From Candidatus Latescibacterota bacterium (GTDB lineage: Bacteria; Latescibacterota; UBA2968), in contig OZ242320.1 of NCBI GenBank assembly GCA_965208125.1, positions 3,936,001 through 4,000,000 on the forward strand: DNA of 64,000 nucleotides, read 5' to 3'. The stretch's first letter is position 1. Each line of letters starts with the position of its first letter. The translations under genes were made by a program, and so were the position numbers. Under the pieces are notes generated by a model. That model was given only the letters and a program-made list of their open reading frames with translations. It was not told the DNA's origin and searched no databases. Below, piece after piece: positions 28,473 through 37,970 of the stretch.

Positions 28473-29868
28473 TTTACAGCCCGTAAGACCCAACAGCTTT
28501 AGTGTTGGGATATAAGGGCTTCCGAATTTATGGTGCGGTGCTTTAGCATGGTGGCACATTGCTCAAGGCAATGTGGGCGGTGAATCGACCAAAATCATCC
28601 GTTCACTGACTACATAAAACTTGCATAAATTACTGTTTTTGTGTATATTTATATTATGGAATACTTAACATACAAATACAAAATGTATAGTCTCTGTGAC
28701 CGCAATAAGTATCTGCACTATGAGATAGACGCTTTTGCTGAGGTGTATAATCATTTCATTGCTTTGCATAAGCGATACTATCGGCGTTTTGGCAAGTATC
28801 CGAGTAAGTTCACAATGATTAACCATTTGGCAAAGCTGAAAAGAACAGGACGCTTTGCACATTGGCGTTTGTTGCCGTCACAGGCATTGCAAAATGTGAT
28901 TGAGCGCATAGACTTTGGCTATCAGAAATTCTTTGCCAGAGACAACAAGCGTCCGCCTACTTTCAGGTCTCGCTTTCGGTATCAGTCTTATACGCTGAAG
29001 CAAGCAGGATATAAATTCCTTGAGCGTAACAAGGTGCGTATCGGCAAGCGTATATTTCGCTATCACAAAAGCAGAAAATTCGATTTAGATAGTATCAAAA
29101 CGGTCACAATCAAGCGTGACCGCATAGGCGATTTGTGGCTATGTGTTGTTGCAAAGGCTGAGGGTATCAAGTCATTCATTATCAAGAACGGTAAAACCGC
29201 AGGTTTTGATTTTGGCTTGCAAACATATCTAACAGCCTCAGACAGCACAAGGACACAATCGCCATTGTTCTTCAATCGTAATTCGAGGAAAGTCAAAAAG
29301 TCTAACCGCAATCTTTCTCGTAAAAAGAAAGGTAGCAACAATCGTCACAGGGCAAGAGTAAATCATGCCAGAGTGCATAGGCGCGTTGTTAATCAGCGTA
29401 GAGACTATCATTGGCGACTTGCCCATCAACTGTGTAAAGACTATGACGTTATGTTCTTTGAGACTTTGAACATTGACGCCATGAAAGCGTTGTGGGGACG
29501 AAAGATTAGCGATTTGGGCTTTTCAAACTTCTTGTCCATACTCAAGTATGTGGCAAAAAAGACTGGCAAAGTTGTCAAACAAATTGACAAATGGCTGCCG
29601 TCGTCAAAGACATGCTCGGCTTGTGATACAGTGAAAGAGAATCTCGAATTGCGAGAGAGAACATTCCATTGTTGCGAGTGTGGTCTTGAGATAGACAGAG
29701 ACCTCAACGCGGCGATAAACATTCACAGGTGGGGGCGTCCACCTCTGGCGGAGGTAGCGTAAGACTTGCCGACCTTCGGGGAAGCAAGCAACTACTGTTG
29801 ATCCCACAATCCCTGCTGAAGCAACAAGATTTTAGAATCCCAATGCTTTAGCTTTGGGAGTACGTCAA
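28473..29868 (+). mobile_element. IS200/IS605-family element, TnpB only (IS1341-like, non-autonomous)
   Basis: Left hairpin CCCAACAGCTTTAGTGTTGGG; right end GAAT-CCCAATGCTTTAGCTTTGGG-AGTACG-TCAA. Left boundary inferred after TTAT at 28469-28472. No tnpA. Confidence 0.85.
28656..29762 (+). CDS. tnpB: RNA-guided endonuclease TnpB
   Basis: RuvC-I GFDFG, RuvC-II FFETL, zinc finger CSAC/CCEC, RuvC-III DRDLNAAINI; promoter TTGCAT-N17-TATATT upstream. Confidence 0.93.
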   Translation: MEYLTYKYKMYSLCDRNKYLHYEIDAFAEVYNHFIALHKRYYRRFGKYPSKFTMINHLAKLKRTGRFAHWRLLPSQALQNVIERIDFGYQKFFARDNKRPPTFRSRFRYQSYTLKQAGYKFLERNKVRIGKRIFRYHKSRKFDLDSIKTVTIKRDRIGDLWLCVVAKAEGIKSFIIKNGKTAGFDFGLQTYLTASDSTRTQSPLFFNRNSRKVKKSNRNLSRKKKGSNNRHRARVNHARVHRRVVNQRRDYHWRLAHQLCKDYDVMFFETLNIDAMKALWGRKISDLGFSNFLSILKYVAKKTGKVVKQIDKWLPSSKTCSACDTVKENLELRERTFHCCECGLEIDRDLNAAINIHRWGRPPLAEVA

Positions 29869-29888
29869 TTTATCGCTCGGGTATTTAA
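29715..29888 (+). ncRNA. Predicted TnpB omegaRNA (reRNA) scaffold plus flanking guide
   Basis: Structured region overlapping the tnpB 3' end through the right-end TCAA; guide would be the flank TTTATCGCTCGGGTATTTAA. The 5' limit is approximate. Confidence 0.6.
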
Positions 29889-29913
29889 TTAAATCCAATC
29901 AGGAGGAATCACA

Positions 29914-30864
29914 ATGGCATCAACTATTTATGTCGGCACAATTGGTCAGGGTGTTTGGCGAAGCGAAGATGGTGGCGACTCATGGCGGCGTACGAGCAGC
30001 GGTATGTTCTCGGAATCGGATATTCGCGCCATTGCCGTGCATCCAGACAATGCGTCAATTCTGTTTGCGGGTACAGAGGCCGGTATTTATCGCTCGCAAA
30101 ATGGGGGGGACAACTGGGAAAAATTGGATTCTCCAATGAACGGTATGCAAATCTGGTCCCTTGCGATTCATCCCAGAAGCCCAGACACGGTTTATGCTGG
30201 CACATGTCCTTCTGCGCTGTTTCGGTCGGACGATGGCGGTGAGACGTGGAAGCAACTTTCCGTAGAACTCGTCGAGGATTGCGGTGCTATTATTCCGCGC
30301 GTCACGACTATTATCATAGACCCAACAGATGATCAGACCGTTTATGCGGGTATTGAAATCGACGGCATGCGGATCAGCAGAGATGGCGGTGAGACATGGA
30401 CATCTGGCAATGAGGGCCTTTCGAGTCTCGACATTCACGGCCTCGCGCTTGTGCCCGCAAATCCAAAAACACTTGTGGCTGGCACCAACAACGATGTATG
30501 CATCACAACCGATATGGTGAACTGGACACGGCTCAATGTGAAAGCAGCGTTTCCCTGGCCCTATTGCAGGGGGGTGCTCTATATGTCAAATGGTCGGGTG
30601 TATGTCGGTGCGGGAAATGGACCGCCAGGCGATGAGGGAGGGCTGTTCTACACTTCTGATCTGGGACATTCGTGGGAGCGCGCCGATCTGAACGGCAATA
30701 CCAATAGTACGGTCTGGGCGATTGTCCACAATCCCGCTGTGCCAAATTTGATGATAGCGTATAGCATTGCCGGACAAATTTTTAGCAGCACCGATAATGG
30801 CGATTCTTGGACCAAAATCGCCCGTGAGTTTGGCGAAGTACGCGCGGTGGCTATTGCGCAGTGA
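29914..30864 (+). CDS. BNR/Asp-box beta-propeller protein
   Basis: Repeated SxDGGxTW boxes (RSEDGGDSW, RSQNGGDNW, RSDDGGETW, SRDGGETW, STDNGDSW). Confidence 0.85.
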   Translation: MASTIYVGTIGQGVWRSEDGGDSWRRTSSGMFSESDIRAIAVHPDNASILFAGTEAGIYRSQNGGDNWEKLDSPMNGMQIWSLAIHPRSPDTVYAGTCPSALFRSDDGGETWKQLSVELVEDCGAIIPRVTTIIIDPTDDQTVYAGIEIDGMRISRDGGETWTSGNEGLSSLDIHGLALVPANPKTLVAGTNNDVCITTDMVNWTRLNVKAAFPWPYCRGVLYMSNGRVYVGAGNGPPGDEGGLFYTSDLGHSWERADLNGNTNSTVWAIVHNPAVPNLMIAYSIAGQIFSSTDNGDSWTKIAREFGEVRAVAIAQ

Positions 30865-30882
30865 TACAGGTGAGGGTAATGG

Positions 30883-32535
30883 CTAAACGAGTTTCTCCTC
30901 TGCGGCCGACCATGTTCCGCATCTGATTTCCAGTATGTGATTCACTGGCGTCGTAAATGTCATCAATACGCGGAAGGCAGTGGGGGCGGACTCGCTGCCC
31001 CGCAACGCCCAGAATCGATGCGTGTATGCGCCCGGTCCGACGGAAATGGCATCGTTACCGATGTGGTAGGTCGCATATCCGGATTTGAGGAATGCGACTT
31101 CTGCGGCCTGGCCGCGCACGATGCCGCTGTCAAAATCCAGTTCACCACCTGGGACAAAATCGCACGCAATTTGAAATGGCACGCGGTCATAGCCGTCTGA
31201 TTTTACGTGCAGATTAAATCCTCTATCCACTTCTTCAATTTCCAATACTGTCGTTAGCGGCGGCAGGGCGTACACATCTCTTTCTTTTCGCAAATTGTAA
31301 AATTCCTCAAAAGCGACCTCGCGTCCCAATGGCAGGTCATAACCGGGTCTGCCGCCATCTGAACTTTGACTTACATGCGTCATCCTGATTTTGCCATCCA
31401 CTTCCTCAAAGGTCTCGCCTGAAAATTGTGCAATAGAAAAATAGCTCGCACACAGGTTCACCGAGGCCAATTCCACGTCTCCATGTTTTACGCCAAATGG
31501 CGATGTTATACCTGCACCTGCTGTGGCACTCGTTTTTCCGCGTCGCACGCGCCACAATTGAGCGGTTGGATAGACCTTCGCGTACGACTCGGGCAGAGGC
31601 TCGCGCTCGAGGTTGTCGTCTCGCCATTCGGGATGGGTTAAAAATGGTTCGAGTGCCCAGGGCAAACCGCCCGGGGATATGGAGTGCAGCCAATCTGCGA
31701 CTGCTGCGTAAAATCCATTGCCATCTCGTCGCGCCATGTTGTAATAACTATCGACCATACCTACCAGAACAACGCGCGTGCCGTAGTCCTGTCTGCGGGA
31801 AAAGCTCGTTACAACGGTTCCGTCTGCATGTAACATGTGATAGGATAAATCCAGGTTTCGGCGTACGGGTTCCAGAAGTTGGGGGCGATTGAGCGCGTCG
31901 GAAGCCAGTCTCAGTGCGCGATTGCAGATGGCGTTATACGTGCCTGCGCTGCGTTCGATGTATTCGCCATCGGCATTGTTGTCTATTGTTTCGGCGAGAT
32001 AGCTTTCAATGGTGTCCATTCCGTCCAGATCGGGGAATAATTCCAGCGCCTGGGAAAGCGCGGCGACCAATACCCAGCGGTGATTCGGTGTGTGGAATCC
32101 ACCTGCGATCATGCCGGGTACAGCCGTTTGAATAATTTCTCCGAGGACTTCGGCTATCTGTCCCGCGCCATTATCACCTGCTTTGCGAGCCGCGCGGACT
32201 ACTGGTGCGAGTCCCTCGACCAGAAATCCCGTATCTGGCGACGAATCAAAATTGGTTGTTATCAGGTCAAAACATCCACTTTCTCTGCGAATTTTTCGCG
32301 CAAAAGCCGCGCCAGCGAGAATACGCGTTAATATTTCTTCGCTTTGATAATATCGACTGCCCTCCAGAAGATAGGCATAGCCCAGGGTGGATATTGCGCT
32401 CACATTGGTCGCACCGGCAATACCATCGCTGACAAACCCGCCGTAATCTTCTCGTCCTGCATCCATGACCTGACGGGGTAAAATGGCTTCTATCTGTTCA
32501 TTCAGATTTTCCAATAGTGCTTCGTATTTTAGCAT
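30883..32535 (-). CDS. Conserved hypothetical protein, helical toroid/lyase-like
   Basis: Long ORF with NFDSSPDTGF, GGFHTPNHRWV, DGEYIERSAGTYN; function is a guess. Confidence 0.65.
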   Translation of the reverse strand: MLKYEALLENLNEQIEAILPRQVMDAGREDYGGFVSDGIAGATNVSAISTLGYAYLLEGSRYYQSEEILTRILAGAAFARKIRRESGCFDLITTNFDSSPDTGFLVEGLAPVVRAARKAGDNGAGQIAEVLGEIIQTAVPGMIAGGFHTPNHRWVLVAALSQALELFPDLDGMDTIESYLAETIDNNADGEYIERSAGTYNAICNRALRLASDALNRPQLLEPVRRNLDLSYHMLHADGTVVTSFSRRQDYGTRVVLVGMVDSYYNMARRDGNGFYAAVADWLHSISPGGLPWALEPFLTHPEWRDDNLEREPLPESYAKVYPTAQLWRVRRGKTSATAGAGITSPFGVKHGDVELASVNLCASYFSIAQFSGETFEEVDGKIRMTHVSQSSDGGRPGYDLPLGREVAFEEFYNLRKERDVYALPPLTTVLEIEEVDRGFNLHVKSDGYDRVPFQIACDFVPGGELDFDSGIVRGQAAEVAFLKSGYATYHIGNDAISVGPGAYTHRFWALRGSESAPTAFRVLMTFTTPVNHILEIRCGTWSAAEEKLV

Positions 32536-32640
32536 GCGTAACCCCCATGAGTGAACGACCTCCAGCAAACTAAAGACCTACCCAATATATCTCCAATTTG
32601 CCCGTACTTCAAGAGAACTCGTTTCCCACAGGGGCCTGAT

Positions 32641-33285
32641 TCAATGCAAGCTGAAACGGATCGGAATGGTCATGCGTACCGCAACGCCTCTGTCATTTTG
32701 CATAGCTGGTTTGAACTGAAATTGCCTGATCGCCTCCAGAGTCGCAGCGCGAAAAATCTCGGGGCCTTTTAAGACTCGCGGTTCGGTCACACGCCCTTCT
32801 CTGGTCACGATAAACGCCACAAGCACCTGACCTTGTAATCCCGCTCTGCGAGCCATCTCTGGATACACCGGATTTACGAACTTGATCAGCTCGGGTTTCT
32901 GTTCCACAATCGAGAATTCCAAAATCTCTTCTTCTACTTCCCCATCGCCCTTCTGCAGCGGGGGTGGGATATCGACGACAGGTGCATCGAAATCCAGTTC
33001 TGTATCGGCAATGGTCACATCATCGGGTACGTCTTCGTCTTCTGTTTCAATGGGTACGGAGGGTCTTGGCAGAGGCGGCAATCGCTTCTTCTGATGTGTC
33101 TCGGGAATATCTTCAACCTTAAGGACCTCAATAACTTTTTTGGTCGTTTTAGAGTCGATCTTCATATCTGGAAACAAAATGGCCAATCCGACCATCAGAA
33201 ACAGCGTCAACGAAGTAGAACGTCTCATTACTTTTGGATAAATTGCTTTTAAATCGGCATCTACATGTTTTTTGCGAATCATCAT
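32641..33285 (-). CDS. tonB: Energy transducer TonB
   Basis: TM helix, Pro/acidic linker, TonB_C domain YPEMARRAGLQGQV...FKPAMQN. Confidence 0.88.
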   Translation of the reverse strand: MMIRKKHVDADLKAIYPKVMRRSTSLTLFLMVGLAILFPDMKIDSKTTKKVIEVLKVEDIPETHQKKRLPPLPRPSVPIETEDEDVPDDVTIADTELDFDAPVVDIPPPLQKGDGEVEEEILEFSIVEQKPELIKFVNPVYPEMARRAGLQGQVLVAFIVTREGRVTEPRVLKGPEIFRAATLEAIRQFQFKPAMQNDRGVAVRMTIPIRFSLH

Positions 33286-33301
33286 TTCCTCCTTTTTGAG
33301 A

Positions 33302-33317
33302 TATTAAAAATTTAATA
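33302..33317. promoter_or_regulatory. Putative BlaI operator upstream of tonB
   Basis: Near-perfect palindrome TATTAAAAATTTAATA, identical to 35777-35792. Confidence 0.7.
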
Positions 33318-33351
33318 GTTCGTCTTAAAAAAATATCTAACTCAACTTGAT

Positions 33352-35379
33352 CTATCCCCCCTTTCGCAGACCTTTAGGGCGAAATGTGTGAGCCAGCACA
33401 TCGAGTTGTCGCATCTGAAGCGCCTTTGTGCGGTTAGGTGCATAGATCCCCATGTTGATTAAAAAGAAACGATTCTGAGCGATATCAAAGAGTGCATAAC
33501 TCTTAAACGGTCCACCTTGCCACGCGCGTGTATTTTCCCACAGTCCTTCCAGGCAAACGGCCAATTTACCCAGAAACTCTGTCTGGTAAATATTCACCTC
33601 CCCAGACGATGTCTGATCGCCGCCATAAAAACGGCTCGATACGTCGTCCCACTTTTGCAAGCACCAATCTGGCGTCAATTGATCGGGATGTACACCATCT
33701 TCCCAATATACCCACAGCCACAATTGTCGTCGATCTACCTGACGCGCCAGTGCCACAAAGTTCTCATTTGCATACTCGTCCATCACTTCATAGCCTACCG
33801 GCACCCGCAGGTGCCAGCCAAATTGTCGTGATAGGGCTTCAGAATGCTCGGTATTTTCTCCCGCGTGATACAGAATGGTTTCGAGCCATTTCGACATAGA
33901 TGCATCAATCGCCGACACAATGCGGTCGCCATTGAGCGCGACTTGCTCAGCCACGCCTTGCTCATCTGTAGCTTTGACGACCACAACTATCTGATCAGAT
34001 GCCCACACATCGCGGTGAATTACTGTCTCATTTTTGGATCGCCCGGTAAATAGCGGCTGTAAGTCCTTCGCCAGAATACCATTTGCAGATGAAACAAGGA
34101 TCAAATTGCGGTAAGCCCGAAAATCCCGAAACGCTTCAGGAGAGACATATACGAGATCAAATACGTACTCGGGTTGTGGCGTCAATACCGGGTCTAACAG
34201 TAAATCTTTCAATACTGGTTTTAACTTTTCTCGGGTGGCTCTATCGGCCACAATCACAATTTTACTGGTTAGTCCAATGCCCCTGGGCAGCGGATTGCCG
34301 ATAAGTACATCTGCCAGCGGTTTGCTCCACCGGGCAATTTTTAGATGGGCCTCTGCTCGACCGGGTACGTCAATGAGAGGCCCAATTTTTACCGCAATGA
34401 CACAGGCAAATATAAATATCGCGAGCCAGATGGCACTGTGCGACAGCGATGGTCGGCGCTGACTGAGCAGATATTCAAAGCGCTTTACCAGATTCGGGTG
34501 GCGATTTATAATGCCCAGTCCTATTGGACGCACCCTGCCAATCATTTCTGTCAGGCGCGTCAGACAGATCGCATAATCACGTGCATTGTGACCGCGATGC
34601 GCGGCGTAATCATCGCAGGCCATTTCTCGCGTTAGTGACAGTTGCCGACTCAGCCACCAGATGCCCGGATTGCACCAGAAAAAAACTTCTACGAGGCGCT
34701 GCACCAGAATGCCCAGGGCATCTCTGCGTTGAACATGCGCGATTTCATGCTTGAGAATTTGCTCCAATTCAGGCGGTGACAGTTGCGATATGAGGTGTCG
34801 CGGTATGAGTACGACCTGGCGAGATATACCCAGTACTGCGGGGCTGGCAATAGCATCTGAAATTCGCAAACCAACATCCACTGAGCCAATCCATCTGCGT
34901 TTGCACCGCTCAAACTGAGTCTGAAGATCCTTTCCAGCCCACTTTCCAGATCGCTTCAACCGCATCATCTGATAATATCCCAGTGCTATGCGCCCGAGCA
35001 TTGCACTGGCAACGACCAGCCATAAAATCCAGACGACAATCGGCCAGGAAGATGTGCCGTGGCTCGACCGGGTTTTCACAGGCGTTGCAACTTGTGGTTG
35101 TAATGCCTCACCAGTAGGTCTGGTATCCAGAACTCTGGTTGGGGGAATCCTTGCGTCCGATTCATCTGCGGCCTCGTATGGTGCAGGTGTGACGAGAAAC
35201 AGAGGCATAATTACCACACCAATCACGGCGACCCACAACAGGCGGTGCAACAAAGACGCAGGCACGCGCAAACGCGAGAGCACTGCCACGATCATTGCAG
35301 CCAAAAATCCCATCCAGATCCCATTCAGCAGATAAAACACGCTGAGTCGGGCAATGGTATCAATCCATTCGCCCATCAT
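33352..35379 (-). CDS. BlaR1-type M56 peptidase fused to a DUF4837-like domain
   Basis: ILKHEIAHVQRRD (HExxH), FFWCNPGIW, REMACD; C-terminal LTPQPEYVF...DVWASDQ...GLWEN...GGPFKSY...YAPNRTK. Confidence 0.8.
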   Translation of the reverse strand: MMGEWIDTIARLSVFYLLNGIWMGFLAAMIVAVLSRLRVPASLLHRLLWVAVIGVVIMPLFLVTPAPYEAADESDARIPPTRVLDTRPTGEALQPQVATPVKTRSSHGTSSWPIVVWILWLVVASAMLGRIALGYYQMMRLKRSGKWAGKDLQTQFERCKRRWIGSVDVGLRISDAIASPAVLGISRQVVLIPRHLISQLSPPELEQILKHEIAHVQRRDALGILVQRLVEVFFWCNPGIWWLSRQLSLTREMACDDYAAHRGHNARDYAICLTRLTEMIGRVRPIGLGIINRHPNLVKRFEYLLSQRRPSLSHSAIWLAIFIFACVIAVKIGPLIDVPGRAEAHLKIARWSKPLADVLIGNPLPRGIGLTSKIVIVADRATREKLKPVLKDLLLDPVLTPQPEYVFDLVYVSPEAFRDFRAYRNLILVSSANGILAKDLQPLFTGRSKNETVIHRDVWASDQIVVVVKATDEQGVAEQVALNGDRIVSAIDASMSKWLETILYHAGENTEHSEALSRQFGWHLRVPVGYEVMDEYANENFVALARQVDRRQLWLWVYWEDGVHPDQLTPDWCLQKWDDVSSRFYGGDQTSSGEVNIYQTEFLGKLAVCLEGLWENTRAWQGGPFKSYALFDIAQNRFFLINMGIYAPNRTKALQMRQLDVLAHTFRPKGLRKGG

Positions 35380-35765
35380 GTTTCATCCTCCTCTGCTTTC
35401 TGAATCATTTTGTGAATGCGGGCGAGGTCTTGTGCATCGAGTTCTTCATTTTCAATCAGATTGAGTACCAGGGTTTCTGGCGAATTGTCGAAAAAACGAC
35501 TCATCAGATATTGAATGGCGCTTCGTTGTGCATCCTCTCGCCCTACGATTGGATAATACACAAAAGCTCTGCCTTCTTTTTCATGCCGCAAATATCCTTT
35601 CTGTTCCAGAATGCGCAATATTGTTAATACTGTGCTATACGCCGGAGATTCACGTCCAGCGAGTGCGTTGACAACCTCGCTCACTGTAGCCGAGCCGCGA
35701 TCCCAAATCACCCGCATCAATCTCAGTTCGGCATCTGTCAGAGTAGGGGATCTTCGTCTGCCCAT
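35376..35765 (-). CDS. BlaI/MecI/CopY family repressor
   Basis: LTDAELRLMRVIW, AYSTVLTILRILEQKGY, GRAFVYYP; ATGA overlap with the M56 gene. Confidence 0.92.
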   Translation of the reverse strand: MGRRRSPTLTDAELRLMRVIWDRGSATVSEVVNALAGRESPAYSTVLTILRILEQKGYLRHEKEGRAFVYYPIVGREDAQRSAIQYLMSRFFDNSPETLVLNLIENEELDAQDLARIHKMIQKAEEDET

Positions 35766-35776
35766 ATAGCCCTCAC

Positions 35777-35846
35777 TATTAAAAATTTAATACTTTCAAA
35801 ATAAATATGGAGAAAAAGAAAGTGAGTGTCAATTAAAAAATTAATA
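35777..35846 (-). promoter_or_regulatory. blaI promoter with two operator palindromes
   Basis: Minus-strand TTGACA (35832-35827)-N17-CATATT; palindromes at 35777-35792 and 35831-35846. Confidence 0.75.
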
Positions 35847-35920
35847 GTTCAGGAAAAAAAGACAAACTGGTAGGGAGTAGGATGCCTTCGCATCCGGGTT
35901 TTCCAAACGGAGATACAGGA

Positions 35921-36901
35921 TCACTTGAACTTCAAGGGCTTGCCTTCGCGGGCGGATTGATAAACCGCTTCGAGGAGCGCTACTGTGCGGCGGCCTTCGC
36001 GTCCATCTACGGATAGGGGCGTTTCTGTGGTCACGGCATTTACCACGTCTTCGACTATGCTGTGGACGTTATTTTCTACGCTGTCGAGTTTTTCTTGAAG
36101 CCCTGTGCCGTAAACCGTCATTTCGCCATTTAGAACGTCGTGTAGCAAAATGCCGCCTTCTGTTCCGTGTACCTCGGCGCTGAAGTACACACTCTGAGGA
36201 AAGGTCGTGGTGCCCAGGATTGTGCCTTTTGCCCCGTTCTCGAAATTGAGGATTGCCAGCCCGATGTCTTCGGTCTCAATCTCGTGATTTACGATGTCGA
36301 TTTCGCCGTACACGGAAACAGGATCGCCCATAAACCAGCTCAATACGTCGAGCAGATGCGCGCCTTGATTGGCCAACGAGCCACCGCCGTCCATAGCCCA
36401 GGTTCCGCGCCAACCATCGTCGTGCAAAAAATAGTCCTCAGATCGAAACCACTTAAAACGCACTTCACCCAATATCATCTTGCCCAGCCAGCCTTCCCGA
36501 ATCGCGGTTGCTACTTTGACATTGCCATCCACGTATCGGCTTTGATAATCCACACCGCACAACACGCCGGCATCCTCACAAGCGGCAATGAGCCGATCAC
36601 ACGCTTCGGTGCTCACATCCATGGGTTTGGTGGTTATCACGTGCTTGCCCGCTTTTGCCGCTTCAATGCCCACCTGGGCATGTTTGCCGCTCGGCGTCAT
36701 CACCATCACGACATCCACATCATCTCGCGCAAACACATGTTCCATATTTATAACGCAGTCCGTCTCCAATTCCTGCGCCACTTCCTCAGCGAGATCGCCG
36801 TGCAGATCGCACACGACCTTCAAATCCGCACCGGCTGTTTCTTTTATCAATCGCGCCCTGTTGCGCCCCATGCCCAGGCCAATAACGCCAAATCCGACCA
36901 T
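35921..36901 (-). CDS. Gfo/Idh/MocA family oxidoreductase
   Basis: GVIGLGMG, TTKPM, WRGTWAMDGGGSLANQGAH. Confidence 0.88.
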   Translation of the reverse strand: MVGFGVIGLGMGRNRARLIKETAGADLKVVCDLHGDLAEEVAQELETDCVINMEHVFARDDVDVVMVMTPSGKHAQVGIEAAKAGKHVITTKPMDVSTEACDRLIAACEDAGVLCGVDYQSRYVDGNVKVATAIREGWLGKMILGEVRFKWFRSEDYFLHDDGWRGTWAMDGGGSLANQGAHLLDVLSWFMGDPVSVYGEIDIVNHEIETEDIGLAILNFENGAKGTILGTTTFPQSVYFSAEVHGTEGGILLHDVLNGEMTVYGTGLQEKLDSVENNVHSIVEDVVNAVTTETPLSVDGREGRRTVALLEAVYQSAREGKPLKFK

Positions 36902-36924
36902 ATTATCCTCCTATCGTCTATTCT

Positions 36925-37932
36925 TCATGCACAATCGGGATGGCCTTCCGCCCACCGCCCGAAGGGAACATCGGTCTGTCCATCCTGATTGATTTTCGAC
37001 ATCGCCTTTCGGGTGTCCAACCACATTTGGGTCCACACTTTTGCATCTCTCAATTCGCGCTCTGGATATTTGCGGCTGCGCGCGACAAAGCCCGGAAATG
37101 CCTCGCGTCCAGTCGTTTGACCGATGGGATTATAACGCAGATCAAAGCTCCAGCGGATTTTATCGCTCACATTGGGCAGCGATCCGTGTACTGTGCACTT
37201 GGGCAGAAAAATGACATCTCCCCGTTTGACCGGTAGCGGTATCATGCGTTCGGCTTCAAACAGTGATTCGGGTATTTGACGCCCGCCCGCTGTTTTGGGT
37301 CCATTCCCAAAATACGATGGACAGTGCGTCAAAAGTCCGTGTTTGTGGCTGCCGGGTACGACTTTTAGAGGACCTTGTTCAATATCGACGTCTTCGAGTG
37401 CAAACCACACGGTCAACATATTTGTCTCATCAGCTTCTGGTACAACCACGCCCTGATCCTGATGCCAGATCGTTTCTCCCAAAATCGGATTTCCAAACTG
37501 GTTTTTGGGCAAAATATGCTCGGGTGGTTTAATGCGCACATGTTGTACGGGATTCGAGTATATCTCTGGACCGATGAGCGATTCTATACAATCGAGCAGG
37601 GATTCAGCCGTGAAGGCATTGAGAACAGCCTGTCCCGCCCAGAATGGTGTGTCGGGTTTTACATTTTGAAATGGTAGCGAAAAATCGAAATACTGTTTGT
37701 GTACATCGCCCGTTTCAATACAGACTGCGACGAATCGCTCGGCAAAATCGAGGTCTTCGAACAAAGAAGAAATTTCTTCTTGTTCGTAAAGATCGCGCAC
37801 TAAGGTGTCCAGTACATCTGTATATTCTTCAATCACAGGATCCAACACGGTTTTTGGATCCAACACGCCCTCCACCACCAGATAGCCTTCTTCTTCAAAC
37901 TGTGCGGTCTGCTCGGCAGTTAGGCAACCCAT
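36925..37932 (-). CDS. PhyH-family Fe(II)/2OG dioxygenase, canonical HxD
   Basis: FEEEGYLVV, WHQD, VPGSH, HGSLPN, RWSFDLRY. Confidence 0.88.
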   Translation of the reverse strand: MGCLTAEQTAQFEEEGYLVVEGVLDPKTVLDPVIEEYTDVLDTLVRDLYEQEEISSLFEDLDFAERFVAVCIETGDVHKQYFDFSLPFQNVKPDTPFWAGQAVLNAFTAESLLDCIESLIGPEIYSNPVQHVRIKPPEHILPKNQFGNPILGETIWHQDQGVVVPEADETNMLTVWFALEDVDIEQGPLKVVPGSHKHGLLTHCPSYFGNGPKTAGGRQIPESLFEAERMIPLPVKRGDVIFLPKCTVHGSLPNVSDKIRWSFDLRYNPIGQTTGREAFPGFVARSRKYPERELRDAKVWTQMWLDTRKAMSKINQDGQTDVPFGRWAEGHPDCA

Positions 37933-37970
37933 GGTATTTCTCCTTTTTGTGGGACGTTTAACAGCTTTTG

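Noticed and set aside
37159-37168. 10-nt match (TTTATCGCTC) to the predicted TnpB guide inside a PhyH gene
   Set aside because: Short, preceded by GGAT rather than the predicted TAM, and compatible with chance. TnpB is also catalytically intact, not a TldR-type repressor.
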